Below are positions 36,867 to 48,489 of a stretch of 64,000 bases of DNA, in pieces. Numbering within the stretch: the stretch's first letter is position 1; every line of letters begins with the position of its first letter. Source of the stretch: Dendrobates tinctorius. Its lineage: Eukaryota. Location: NCBI RefSeq assembly GCF_039654945.1, contig NW_027361743.1, positions 9,238,001-9,302,000 of the forward strand, written 5' to 3'. Position numbers and translations under genes: made by a program. Below the pieces are notes generated by a model, which had not been told where the DNA came from, did no database searches, and worked only from the letters and a program-made list of their open reading frames with translations.

Positions 36867-39811
36867 TTACGATTCAGGTTTGGTTACCAGTTCCAGTATG
36901 ATATGCATGTGTCACGTACCGACCACAAAAGAACAGTGAGCGGAGTGACTGATAATCTAGTTGTCATGTGACCATAAGTATACAAATCGCATACAGGCAG
37001 ACACATGACTACTGTATCTGGCAAGAGAAACCAAATCCTAATGGTGTGTATATTACACACTGATAGGGCCCAACAAGCTGCGCGGCCTGCTGAAAATGTG
37101 CTCAGGGGTGAGAAGCCCCTTTGGGATCAGTATGATGGCAATATTCTGTCACTATATGGTGCTATTATGAAGTCACAGTGTGGCAGTATTATTTCACCTT
37201 ATATAGTGGTGAAATCAGTAAATCTTATACACAAACACACACATATATATCTAATGATGTCTCCTGTGAATCCCAGCCTATGACAAGCAATGGAAAGGTT
37301 AAATTGTTTTTCGCAGGCCTCAGGGCTTACATATGTGGCCTTAATTCTAATTAATGGCTACGAGGCTTGTAGCGGCACAGTCGCCTGTACTTAGGACTCA
37401 GGGTTATTTCCTGTTTGGAGAGTGATATGTTCCCGATCTCTGCACCTTTGCTCGTTGCCATGTACATATGTCTTACAAAGCTTTTAGTGTCATCTTTCAC
37501 ATCTTGCATCTTCACTGTGATGAATCTTAATGGACTCTTGTAATGTCCGATGAAGATGAAGCCTCCCGCCTGAGGAGGTCACGCTTTATATTCTGCCTCC
37601 ACTTGTCAGACCCCTCGAGCAGAGCTCGGTGATGTATCTAAGGGCCCCATGTAGTGTCTGCATTAGGCCGTTGCATTTACAGGGAAACATTTTTCCTTAA
37701 GATGTTATGATCCGTCATCTACGGCATTTTTTTTCTGGACCGTCTCCTCCCCTGTGTTTTTTTTTTTTATGAAAAATTCTCTCTGTGATTTACAAGCTTT
37801 TTATTCAGTTTTTCTGGGTTTATTTTCATGTTTTTTATCAAAACTACTAGGCCTCGTTTCGTCTATGTTGCCCATAGCAACCAATCACAGCTCAGCTTTC
37901 ATTTTGTAAACAGGGCTAGAAAAAAGAAAGTTGCGCTGTGATTGGTTGTTATGGGCAATAGACACAAGTTTCTATTTTAAGCCAATTTAATGCTCTTTAT
38001 ACAGGGGAGGAAACCCCTTTGTAAGGGTGAATTGTGAATTGGCGTCCTGTCGACCTGAGGCTGGTGTCTCCGTGGCGTTAGCCCTGGAAAGCTTTGAAGC
38101 CTATGGTTGAGCTTCACAGGCATACCAAGATGGCAATGAAGGGAACTTTTAAACTGTGTGCCCACAGCAGTTTCAGAAACGCTTAAAAAACGCTAATAAA
38201 ATGTATCCCCATGCAATCGGATTCCGCAGTTGCTGTGCCCATGCTGCAGATTTTTCCGCTGAGGAATCGCATGACGATAAATCCGCAGCATGTCCATTAT
38301 TTCTGCGGAATTGTGGCGATTCCGTCGCCATAGGATTGCATTGAAACGCTCACTTTACGCATGTGGCTATGCCCACCATGCGTGAAGTGAGCGCTTCATG
38401 TGCGGATGGTACCCAGGGTCTGGAGGAGAGGAGACTACATGCCCTGGGTACCATAATCCTGTTAAAAATAATAATAAAAAAAAAAATATATACTTACTAT
38501 TCCTGTAAAAAATAGAATTAAAATAAAAAATAGGGTCAGCCCCCGGAATCCTCCCAACCCTCATGGCACTGCCGGCAACTTCATCAGAGGTCATTAGCGC
38601 AATGCATCCCTGGGAACGGAAGTTGCCACCAGCGCCGATGAGGGCTCCAGGGGCGAAAGAGGGTAAGTATATCCCTATATTTTAATATTTTTTTTTTTTT
38701 ATTACTTTTAACATTCTGTCTTTTACTATTGATGCTGCATAGGCATCAGCCCGGACTACCTCTTCATGTTCAATTGGTGCCAGTGACCCCCAGCGCTGAT
38801 TGTGCGCCGTTGTCACGTGTCACCACAATCTCACTGGAGCCCTGGGACCGCTAGTGCTGACGCCGCTGAACGGTGACAGTAGGTGAGTATAGGCTTTATT
38901 AATTTTTGAGGGCCAAACGTATTAATCAAGAAGTAGTTGTCCTAATAGTGGACAACCCCTTTAAGCATATGAAATGCTGCTCGATGGGGATAAAATCTGG
39001 TGATTTTTTTTCATTTTCTTTTTTCCCTTTCCATGTTTAAAGAGCTACAACTTATTTCTCCCTCACTATATCTGTATCAGAGCTTGTTTTTTGCTGGAGG
39101 AGTTGTTCTTTTGAATGACACCATTCATTTTACCACAGTGTACTGGAAAATGAGAAAAAAAATTCCAAGTAAGATGAACTTGCAAAAAAGTTCAATTCCA
39201 CAATAGTTTTTTTTAAAATTAATTTATCATGTTCCAGGTCATTACGATTACGCAGATACCAAACATGTATATATTTTTTTTTAAGTGGTGAAAAAAATAC
39301 TGAAATTTGTAAGAAACATATTTTTTGCTTTTGTCGTTATTTTCTGAGATCCTTAACGTTCTTACTTTTGGGATCTGGGGCTGCGTGAGGACTTACTTTT
39401 TGCGCCCTGAGCTGACTTTTTCATCAATACTATTTTGGGATAGATACGATGTTTTGATCGCCTCTTATTACATTTTATTGCAATGTTGCGATTGTAAAAA
39501 AAAACACGTAATTCTGGAATTTTTTGTTACTCGTTACAACACTTTCCTATTGAATTAATTTACTTTGTATTTTGATAGATCAGACATTTCTGAACTTAGC
39601 GATACGAAATATGTGTATGTTTTAGTTTATTTTTTATTGTTTTATTTTCAATGGGGCAAAGGGGGTATGATTTGAACGTTTGTTTATTTTTTTCAATATT
39701 ATTATTTTGTTTCCTTTGCACTGTATTTAATAGTCCTCTTAGGGGACTTGAAGCTGCAGTCATCGGATTGCGTGTGCTATACATAGCAGTGCATCAGCAC
39801 TTCTATGTATA

Positions 39812-40431
39812 AAGGAGCAACCGGAAAAACAGTGCATAGACATCCAAGATAAATAGAAATCACATAAATCTTTTACAGACACAGATAAAAGTTGGCATGA
39901 CAGGAGTGACACAAGGTAAGCGCACAGAGGTACATAGCATCCCTACGGTATATCAATATGGTAAAATGTATCTCTATATATAATGTACACAGGCCGACCA
40001 GTCATAACAGCGTAAAGGGTAAAGTCACCAGACCGTCGGGCAACCCAAAAAGGGGTACAGAAAATCAAAATACAGACATAGTACTCATACCTAAACGGGA
40101 CACTAGACCACTGGCGCAAGGAAAACAGCCCAACGTACGTTTCGGAAGCAAAACCGCTTCCTTCCTCAGGGGGTGTGAGGGACTGGGGACTTGTGTCACT
40201 CCTGTCATGCCAACTTTTATCTGTGTCTGTAATAAAGATTTATGGGATTTCTATTTATCTTGGATGTCTATGCACTGTTTTTCCGGTTGCTCCTTTATAT
40301 ATTATAGTCAGTGTATCCTATTTTTGAACTGTGTTGGGCTTAAAAAACATGATTATTTGGATTTTTACTAAATTGAATCTAAACCATATATACCTACTTT
40401 TTAGCCCTATGCACTGTCAATATTGTTGCTT
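39812..40431 (-). mobile_element. Short non-coding Penelope-like / retrozyme-like element with inverted ends and a hammerhead motif
   Basis: 13-bp TSD ACTTCTATGTATA (39799-811, 40432-444); ~108-bp inverted arms at 39808-39915 and 40190-40299; hammerhead motif at 40125-40176. Confidence 0.8.
40125..40176 (-). ncRNA. Minimal type I hammerhead ribozyme motif
   Basis: Minus strand: ACACCCC-CUGAGGA-A-GGAAGC-GGUUUU-GCUUCC-GAAA-CGUACG-UU-GGGCUGU. Intact core, 6-bp stem II, palindromic stem III, stem I with 6 of 7 pairs. Confidence 0.75.
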
Positions 40432-40742
40432 ACTTCTATGTATAGCAGAAATCACAATCTCCTATGAGTACAGGGACACAATGACAGGCACGGGGGTCAT
40501 CAGCAAACCGCTGATTATCAGGACAACCCACCAGTGCTCAGCGTTCACGTATCAGGTAGGTCGATGGCAGCGTGGAATGACCCGCACCCTGCCGTGCCTG
40601 TTGAATAGATTTAATAGGTTGACAGTCGCAGGCGGAGTTTTCATGGGCCGGAGAAAGATGTGGGCTTAGCGTGCGAGCCCGCATCAAAGGTAGGGACATG
40701 ATGTATGACGTAAATGTACATCATATGTTGTGAAGGGGTTAA

Positions 40743-41700
40743 AAAACTTGTGATTTGTTTTCACAGTATGTTTTGGGTCATTGTCCATCTGTACTGTGAA
40801 GCCGCCTTGCTGTATTTGGTTGAATCTTGCCCTGTACAATTCTTGATTCATCTGGCTGCTTCTGTTGAGTCACACCATCAGTAAACACTAGTGACCCAGT
40901 GCCATTGGAAGCCATGCATGCCCGTCGCATTACACCGCCTCCACCATGTGTTACAGAGGATTTGATGTGCTTTGGATCATGAGCCATTCCAAGAATTCTC
41001 CATATTTTCTTCTTCCCATTATTCTGGTACAGGTTGATATTAGTTTTATCTGTCCATAGAACGCTTTTCCTGAACTGGCTGGCTTTTCTATTTTTATGGC
41101 TGATCAATGGTTTTCACCTTGCTGTGAACCCTCTGTATTTGCTCTCATGAAGTCTTCTCTTTATGGTAGACTTAGATACTGAAACAACTACTTTCTGGAG
41201 AGTGTTCTTCACTTGGATGAATAATGTGAAGGGTTTTTCTTCACCATGGAAAGGATTCTGCATTCTTCCACCACTGTTGTCTTCTGTGGACGTCCAGAGC
41301 TGTTTGAGTTCCCTAGCTCACCAGAGCGAAATTTTTTTTTTGCGGAATGTACCAAACTGTTCATTTTGCCATTCCTAACATTTATGTTATGTCTCTGATG
41401 GATTGCTTCTATTTTTTCAGCCTGATGATGGTCTGTTTCTCTTCCATTGAGAGCTTCTTTGACCGCATGTTGTGGGTTCACAGCAGCAGCTTTCAAGCAC
41501 ATGTGCCACACCTGGAATCAGCCCTATCTGCTTAATTGATGGTGGATTAATGCAACAAAATCCCATGCAGCCCATCAAAGGCTTTTTAGATATGTCCAAT
41601 CTTCACTTTAAGCCCATATTGATTGTTATTGATTTGAATATGTTTTGGTGGACAGTTAAAATGCCAAAACTAGTGTCACTGTTGAAATATTTCTGGACCT
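40743..41700 (-). mobile_element. Decayed Tc1-like transposase
   Basis: Fragmented ORFs with GRPQKTT...ILSMVKKNP, VLWTDKTNINLYQN and HGGGGVM..ACMASNGTGSLVF. Confidence 0.8.
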
Positions 41701-43449
41701 AACCTTTTCATTGAATCTTATCTATGGAGTTACATAGGACTGCAGGTAACTATCTACATTATCTGTGCTCAGAGAGTTATCTCTGTGTTATCTGTCATGT
41801 TATATTTTAGGATATTGGAGGGAGGTGGGGAAGCGTTCTGAGTCCCTGATCTTCTCCGTCCCTGCTCCCATCCCACGATTGCTATGCACTGAGCTGACAA
41901 GGAGAAGCGTCTTTATTGCACCCCGCACCTTTCTCCATCTCAACTGGTGGCAATGTCGGATTGGGATGGCGGGGGCCCACCAGTAACCAACGCCTGGGTC
42001 CCTCTTTTCAACTACATGCAAATGTGACATTATCCTCAATAAAAAAATGTATATAACAATGGACTAGATAGTTTGTTACATGACTAAGATGCCACCTTTG
42101 TACATAGTGAATCAATATATTGTGCCAAGTACTGCTCAGATAAGAAGATGATGTTCTACAGGGGCCCACCGGAGAATTCTCCTGTCCTCCTGTGGGCCAG
42201 TCCAAGCCTGGTCACATTAATTAGATTTTGGAAAACTTCTCGTTTGGCAACCTGCAAGAAACATATCTGTAGCTACGTCGTCCTCGCCTTGTTGCTCAGA
42301 TTTTTTGCCATATACGCAGCTATTGACAACTCAATTAGGCTCAGAGAAGAACGAGGCAAACCTGATTTTAGAGAGGTAAAAAGACAACCGGTGAGAAAGG
42401 GAATAAACACTAGTACAGGTGGCATATAGATGGCACGCGCAATGGACGCTTTCTTCTCTGATTTCTCTGGATTGTCCGTTTCATCCCCAAAGTAAAAAGC
42501 ACAAACTAATTTACTTTTCTTTTTACTCTCGTTTAATTGCGTTTTCAGCTGCGCAGCAATTTCATGGGACTTTTTATTGAATATAAATAAGTATTTTCCG
42601 TCCTGTAATTATAGCCACTTTCCGTCCCGAGCGCGAGACGAGGAGATGAATAGATGAGGCTTGTTTGTATTGCATTGTGCGAAAATTACCTACGGTATTA
42701 GTTTTTTCTTTCTTGTTCCTCCCGCATTGCTTACCTAATCACAGAGGTTTCTTTGACCTACTGTGACTTTCCAAAAAGCTGTGCACATTAATATTTCATC
42801 TGAGAACCTCTTGCGGTGTGTGTGTAATTTAACTTGCTGGATTCTGTCAGCAAATCTAGCGGCCTGAAGATTCCGTCTATCAGATTTTCACACTTTTATG
42901 TATTAGATGATGAGATTTTGCTGTGATTTTTTTTCATTGCCTTTGGTGGACGCAGCATGGAGTAACTTTTTTCTTACTTTAAAGGAAACCTGCCAGCTTG
43001 CCCAGGTCCCCCAAGGATTCATCATGTATTACTATGGAGTGCCATATCTAACAAGCGCTTTTTATTGACCCACACCACCTCTGCCCCCCTGGACACGTAT
43101 GCTGCGCCCGGCTTACTGCACGCTGTCGGGGATGCAGAGATTTGCAAAGATCTAGCAGTGACACCGCTCTTGCACATCTTGTTACTCGCACCCACAGAGG
43201 CGTGATAACATAATTAATGGGATGACAACTTTGGGGAAATAATGCCCCCACAATTAGTTATTCACAAATTAACATATCGCCGCCAAAGTTATAAAATAGT
43301 TTTTGCAATATGCAGTAATCCTAGACAATAAAAAGTGCCTGTTGGGTACAGTATTCACATAGTAATAAATACCGTACATGGGGGGCAGTTTGAGGGACCC
43401 GGGGCAAGATGAAAGTCTGCAAATCACTTAATTTACAAACTTTGTTGTC

Positions 43450-43915
43450 TTACCTCCTCCTCCTGTACAATGACTGATAACCCCTCTATATACAGTACAT
43501 AACACAGGATCCACCATTCACAATAGGTGATGTCACAGCTCACCTCCTCCTGTACAATGACTGATAACACCTCTGTTTATAGTATATAACATAGGATCCA
43601 CCATTCACAATAGGTGCTGTCACAGCTCACCACCTCCTCCTGTACAATGACTGATAACACCTATATATACAGTAGATAACACAGGATTCACAATTCGCAA
43701 TAGGTGATGTCACAGCTCACCTCCTCCTCCTCTTGTACAATGACTAATAAGACCTCTATATACAGTAGATAACCCAGGATCCACCATTCACAATAGGTGA
43801 TGTCACAGCTCACCTCCTCCTGCTGTACAATGACTGATAACACCTTTATACACAGTATATAACATAGGATCCACCATTCACAATAAGTTTTGTCACAGCT
43901 CACCTCCTCCTCTTC
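43450..43915. repeat. ~87-93-bp tandem repeat, ~5 copies
   Basis: TGTACAATGA recurs at 43464, 43551, 43641, 43734 and 43824. Confidence 0.9.
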
Positions 43916-44177
43916 CCTCACATTGACCTTTATGAAATTAAAAAAGTACATTTACCATAAAACCTTGATTTTACCAATATGCAATCATCTGATGACACTT
44001 GGAATTTAAAGGAACTTGTCACAGTGTTTTCAATAATATAACTAAAGAAATGAACTGGAGTATAAGTTGGTGTGCATGCAGCATGTAAGCGCATGTTCAC
44101 ACTGGCCACTAAACAGACAAAACTCAACATAGAAACATAATAAGCAAATACCCTGCAGTAAATGAATAAACAGCAAT

Positions 44178-44820
44178 AGATCACAGACTGAATATGAGTC
44201 AACAGTGTGATGCAGCAGCAAAAAAAGGCAAATGCAATTCTAGGATGTATTAACAAGCATATAGTCTAGATCACGTAAAGTCATTATTGCCCTCTACTCC
44301 TCTTTGGTCAGACCTCATCTGGAATACTGTGTCCAGTTTTGGGCGCCAAATTTTAAAAAAGACATCAACAAACTGGAGCAAGTTCAGAAAAGAGCGACCA
44401 GAATGGTGACCGGTCTGCAAACCCTGTCTTATGAGGAAAGGTTGTAGGATTTGGGAATGTTTAGCTTGCAGAAGAGAAGACTGAGCTGAGACTTAATAGC
44501 TGTCTACAAATATCTCAAGGGCTGTCACATTGTAGAAGGATCAACTTTATTCTCATTTGCACAAGGAATGACTAGGAACAATGGGATGAAACTGAATGTG
44601 ATCAGACACAGATTAGATATTAGGAAAAACTTTTTGACAGAGTGATCAATGAGTGGAACAGGCTGCCATGAGAGGTGGTGAGTTCTCCTTCAATAGAAGT
44701 CTTCAAACAGAGGCTGGACAGACATCTGACTGGGATGATTTAGCGAATCCTGCTTTGAGCAGGAGGTTGGACCAGATGGCCCAGGAGGTCCCTTCCAACT
44801 CTACCATTCTATGATTCTAT
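44178..44820 (+). mobile_element. 5'-truncated CR1 LINE inserted in a foldback element (~44100-45385)
   Basis: DHRLNMSQQCDAAAKKANAILGCI...[13 protein letters not shown] remnants; CCATTCTATGATTCTAT end; flanks are inverted repeats. Confidence 0.88.
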
Positions 44821-46263
44821 TGCCTGAAAATAATAAAGGGTAGTTAGTTAACATGTTTTTTGATCCAAAAAAAGCAAAAGCCATCCGACCATGTCACGGT
44901 GACCCTAATCGGGGCGGTCCTAACCGCTAATTTTAAAGCTTTACCATTTCACAAGTGATGTGCATGTGGATAAGAACCGAACCCAAGTATTAGACACACA
45001 GCCATGGGTAACTGAATGAATTATCCAGTTAATTTCTTTAATTTTTTTTTTTGTTTGCACCCTGTGCTTACAAAGGTATAGGCCTGCCTTTTCTTTGAGC
45101 TGGGCATTATATTCATGTGGTTCCCCATGGCTGTGTGTCTGCTAGCTGGGTTCAATCCTTCTCGGCCCTTATCTACATGTATAGTCACGTGACAAATGGT
45201 AAGGTTTTAATGCTAGATTGCGGTCACCGTGACGTGGTGGGATGGCTTTTGCATTTTTTTTTATCAAAATTATGTTAACTAAGTACCCTATATTATTTTC
45301 ATGCACTATTGCTGTTTAATTTACTGCAGGGTATTTGCTTATTATGCTTCTATCTTAGGGTTTCACTTTTTAAACTAGTGGTCGGTCGTAGAGAAGGATT
45401 GGAAATAATCCCTGTGTTGTAGTAATCTGATAACCCAGAACCGGAAAATTAACCTATAAAGCTACATGCAGATTAGCCTGGAAGTGCATTGGGGGTAGGT
45501 TAATGTATACAGAGTTTATTAACACGCCCCAGTGCACTTCCAGATTAATGGCCTTGTGGCTTCAAAGCTTAAAGGGGTTGTCCACTACTAGGACAACCCA
45601 TCTTGATCTAAATATCTGGTCCCAATAAAATAACACAGCATTTACTCACCTCCCGTGCAGTCCCGTGCAGACGCCGTTCCAGCAGTGTCGACACTAGTGA
45701 TCCCGGGGCTCAAGTGCGGTTGTTGTTAGATGTGACCCCAGCCCCCGCCTCCTGTCGAATTGGACATGAAGAGGAAGTCCGGGCTGCAGCTGATCCCTGA
45801 CTTCATGTTCAATTTGACAGGAGGCGAGGACAGTAACGCTGTTCAATTTGACAGGAGGCGAGGACAGTAACGCTGTTCAATTTGACAGGAGGTGGGGACA
45901 GTGACACTGTTCAATTCGACAGGAGGTGGGGACAGTGACGCCAGTGCTGATTGGGCGCTGAGCTCACTTGTCCCAACAGCCGCACAAGAGCCCCAGGGAG
46001 AGTGAGTGCCGACAATGCGGGAACGGCGCCGGCGCCGTAGGTGAGTATAGGCTTTTTTTATTTTATAGAGGCCAAGCATGGGGTATAACAAGCAGTTTGT
46101 CCAAGTTGTTTCGATGCGCGGACACATCTGATTGCTACAATCATCCTGGTCCACTATAAAGGTGATCTGTAGGAGAGGTGTCATCCACATTTTAGGCGCA
46201 TTGGATGTGATTCTTTGGTGGGATCAGCATGATATTGTTTTTATATTCTTATTTTTTCTCTAG

Positions 46264-46424
46264 GTTGATTTTGTGCTGCTCGGGGGAGATCTATTCCACG
46301 ATAACAAACCTTCCCGAAAAACTCTACATACGTGTATGGAGCTGCTCAGGAAGTACTGCATGGGAGACCGGCCGGTCCAGTTTGAGGTCATCAGTGATCA
46401 ATCTGTGAATTTTAGCTATAGCAA
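46264..46424 (+). CDS. MRE11: MRE11 coding exon 3 (motif II, GGDLFH)
   Basis: ttttctctag acceptor; [53 protein letters not shown](K); GTAAGT donor; 161 nt. Absent from the ORF track. Confidence 0.97.
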
Positions 46425-46749
46425 GTAAGTGCTGGGCTGATAATCCTTTTTTTTTAATCAACTTAGATCATTTTATTTAGGTGTATCCATATCAATGGCC
46501 CACCCAAAAAAGTTTGCCTCATCACTGAACATAATGTTCTGTGTAAACTGAGGGTCCTGTTCCAATTTTTTTTTTTGCCCATTCTGCAAATACAGCGCGC
46601 CGATCTGGCATCAGTTGAACATCCCTTCAGCAAATATTAGCTACTCACAAATGGCACCCTTACAAAATCCAGCTACTGCAGCATCTCAACGAGGATGACA
46701 CAGATCGGCGCGTTGAATTTGCAGAATAGGCAAACCAAAAATTGAACCT

Positions 46750-47394
46750 ATACCTGATATTGAAACTGCCTTGAGTTGTTCAACTATAACTCCCAAACAG
46801 CACGCTCTCTGTCTTGGGAATCATATTTGGCACAGAACTTTCCTTCCATGCCTATAGCCAATCACTCACTTGCTCAAGTTGCCTGCATCTAAAAACATCT
46901 CTAGAATATGACCTTTTCTCACCTTTGAAATTAGAAAAGCTCTTTCTGTTGCTCCTATTCATTATAATCTGTTTTACTGCAACTCTCTAATGATCAGTCT
47001 CCCTTTAACCATACCTTCTTCTCTCCGATCCGTCCTGAATGTGGCATCCTGGATCGTATTTATGTCCAGCCCCTACACTGATGCCTCCATCTTGTGCCAG
47101 CCATTGCACTGGTGGCCCATCCGCTTCAGAGTACAATACAATCTCATCTCTCTCACTCACAAAAAAACCCTATTTATTATAATGATGGCTGGACTGTCAC
47201 GAAAAGCACTTTGTACCCTTTGTGTTCCCCTATTTCCTTATAGATTGTAAGATTTCGAGCAGGGCCTTTAGTCCTCCTGTATCTGTTGAACTATGTGTTA
47301 CTTGGAAATGCATTTATTATCTGTACATGTCCCCTGCTGAATTGTAAAGTGCTGTGGAATATGTTGGCACTATAGAAATAAAATTATTATTATT
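46750..47394 (+). mobile_element. Old L2 LINE 3' fragment
   Basis: LHWWPIRFRVQY remnant; L2 tail TGTAAAGTGCTGTGGAATATGTTGGCACTATAGAAATAAA(TTA)n. Confidence 0.75.
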
Positions 47395-48489
47395 TTTCTG
47401 TCTGCAAGAACAATCCGGCGATCAGCTGATCATCCTGGCGATCAGCTGGTTTCTCTGAAAGCAGTCTTTCAATTTTACTGCAGCGGCCACTGCTGGTGAA
47501 CTGTGGTATTACACAACACCCTTTCAAATGTATAGGTGACCATGTCATCCACAGCAGTAGACTGAGCCCTCTTTGTCATCCCGTTGACGAACATGATAGT
47601 AGGAATCTCCTTAGTTTGAGATGGCTGATAACAAAGAACAATAGATTTCCCATTGAGTAACACAATAGACTTTAAATGCTGAGAGAATCTGTGTCACTGA
47701 CCGGTGAGTCTTTATACTTGTGGTATAAATCGTTCTCGCTCGGTCAGACATCATAGGAGTCATTTAAGAGCTTAATTATATTCCCGGCGTGATGCTGGCC
47801 TGTGTAAGTAATGTATCATAATGTCAAGTCTATTATTTTTTGGTGGCGGCTGACTAATGGCGGTATATACATGAGTCACATTAACCGCTGCCGGGTGTCA
47901 CTCTGTGCCGACGCCTGCAGAATGGTGATTTATCCAATTATGGGCTGCATTTAAGGGTTTGATAACTAATGGATGGAGAAGAATGTCCTGCCTGGAAAAG
48001 CCTTCATGTCAAGTTAGTCTTAAAGAGCTTTTTCCTCAAAAGTGTAGTTACAAAATAAAGGAACAACTAAACCAAAGGAATGTATTATTTGTAATGTCAC
48101 GAAACTTTCCAAGTAACACAAATTAGACATCTGAAAAACGTCAATTTACTGATGTCATAAATAATAATAGTCTGTGTATATACCCGAGAACTGGGTATCA
48201 CTAACTTTCAAATACTATTTACAACATAAGTATAGCTCGTTGTTATCCAGAGCTGAATTCATAATTCTGCAGATTTTTGATCTCAGATTGAAGGCTTGAT
48301 GTTTGCACAGAGTTTTTGCTGATGATTTGCATTCGGGGTAGGGAAACCTAATGTATAGCCAACTGATGCAGGAAAGTATGGACTACTGAATTCTTGCGCT
48401 CCGCTACACTGGAAGGTGACCTCTACCAAAAAGCGATTGTCTGACCTCAATAGAAAAGCCGTAATATGAATACTGCATTTATACTGAGT

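Larger units (their letters stand above)
34741..37215. repeat. Inverted duplication: arm 34741-35118 versus arm 36500-37215 (the latter split by a MITE)
   Basis: Sequence from ATTTTACCACTATATAAGG to ATATTGCACAC recurs in reverse complement with few substitutions. Confidence 0.9.
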
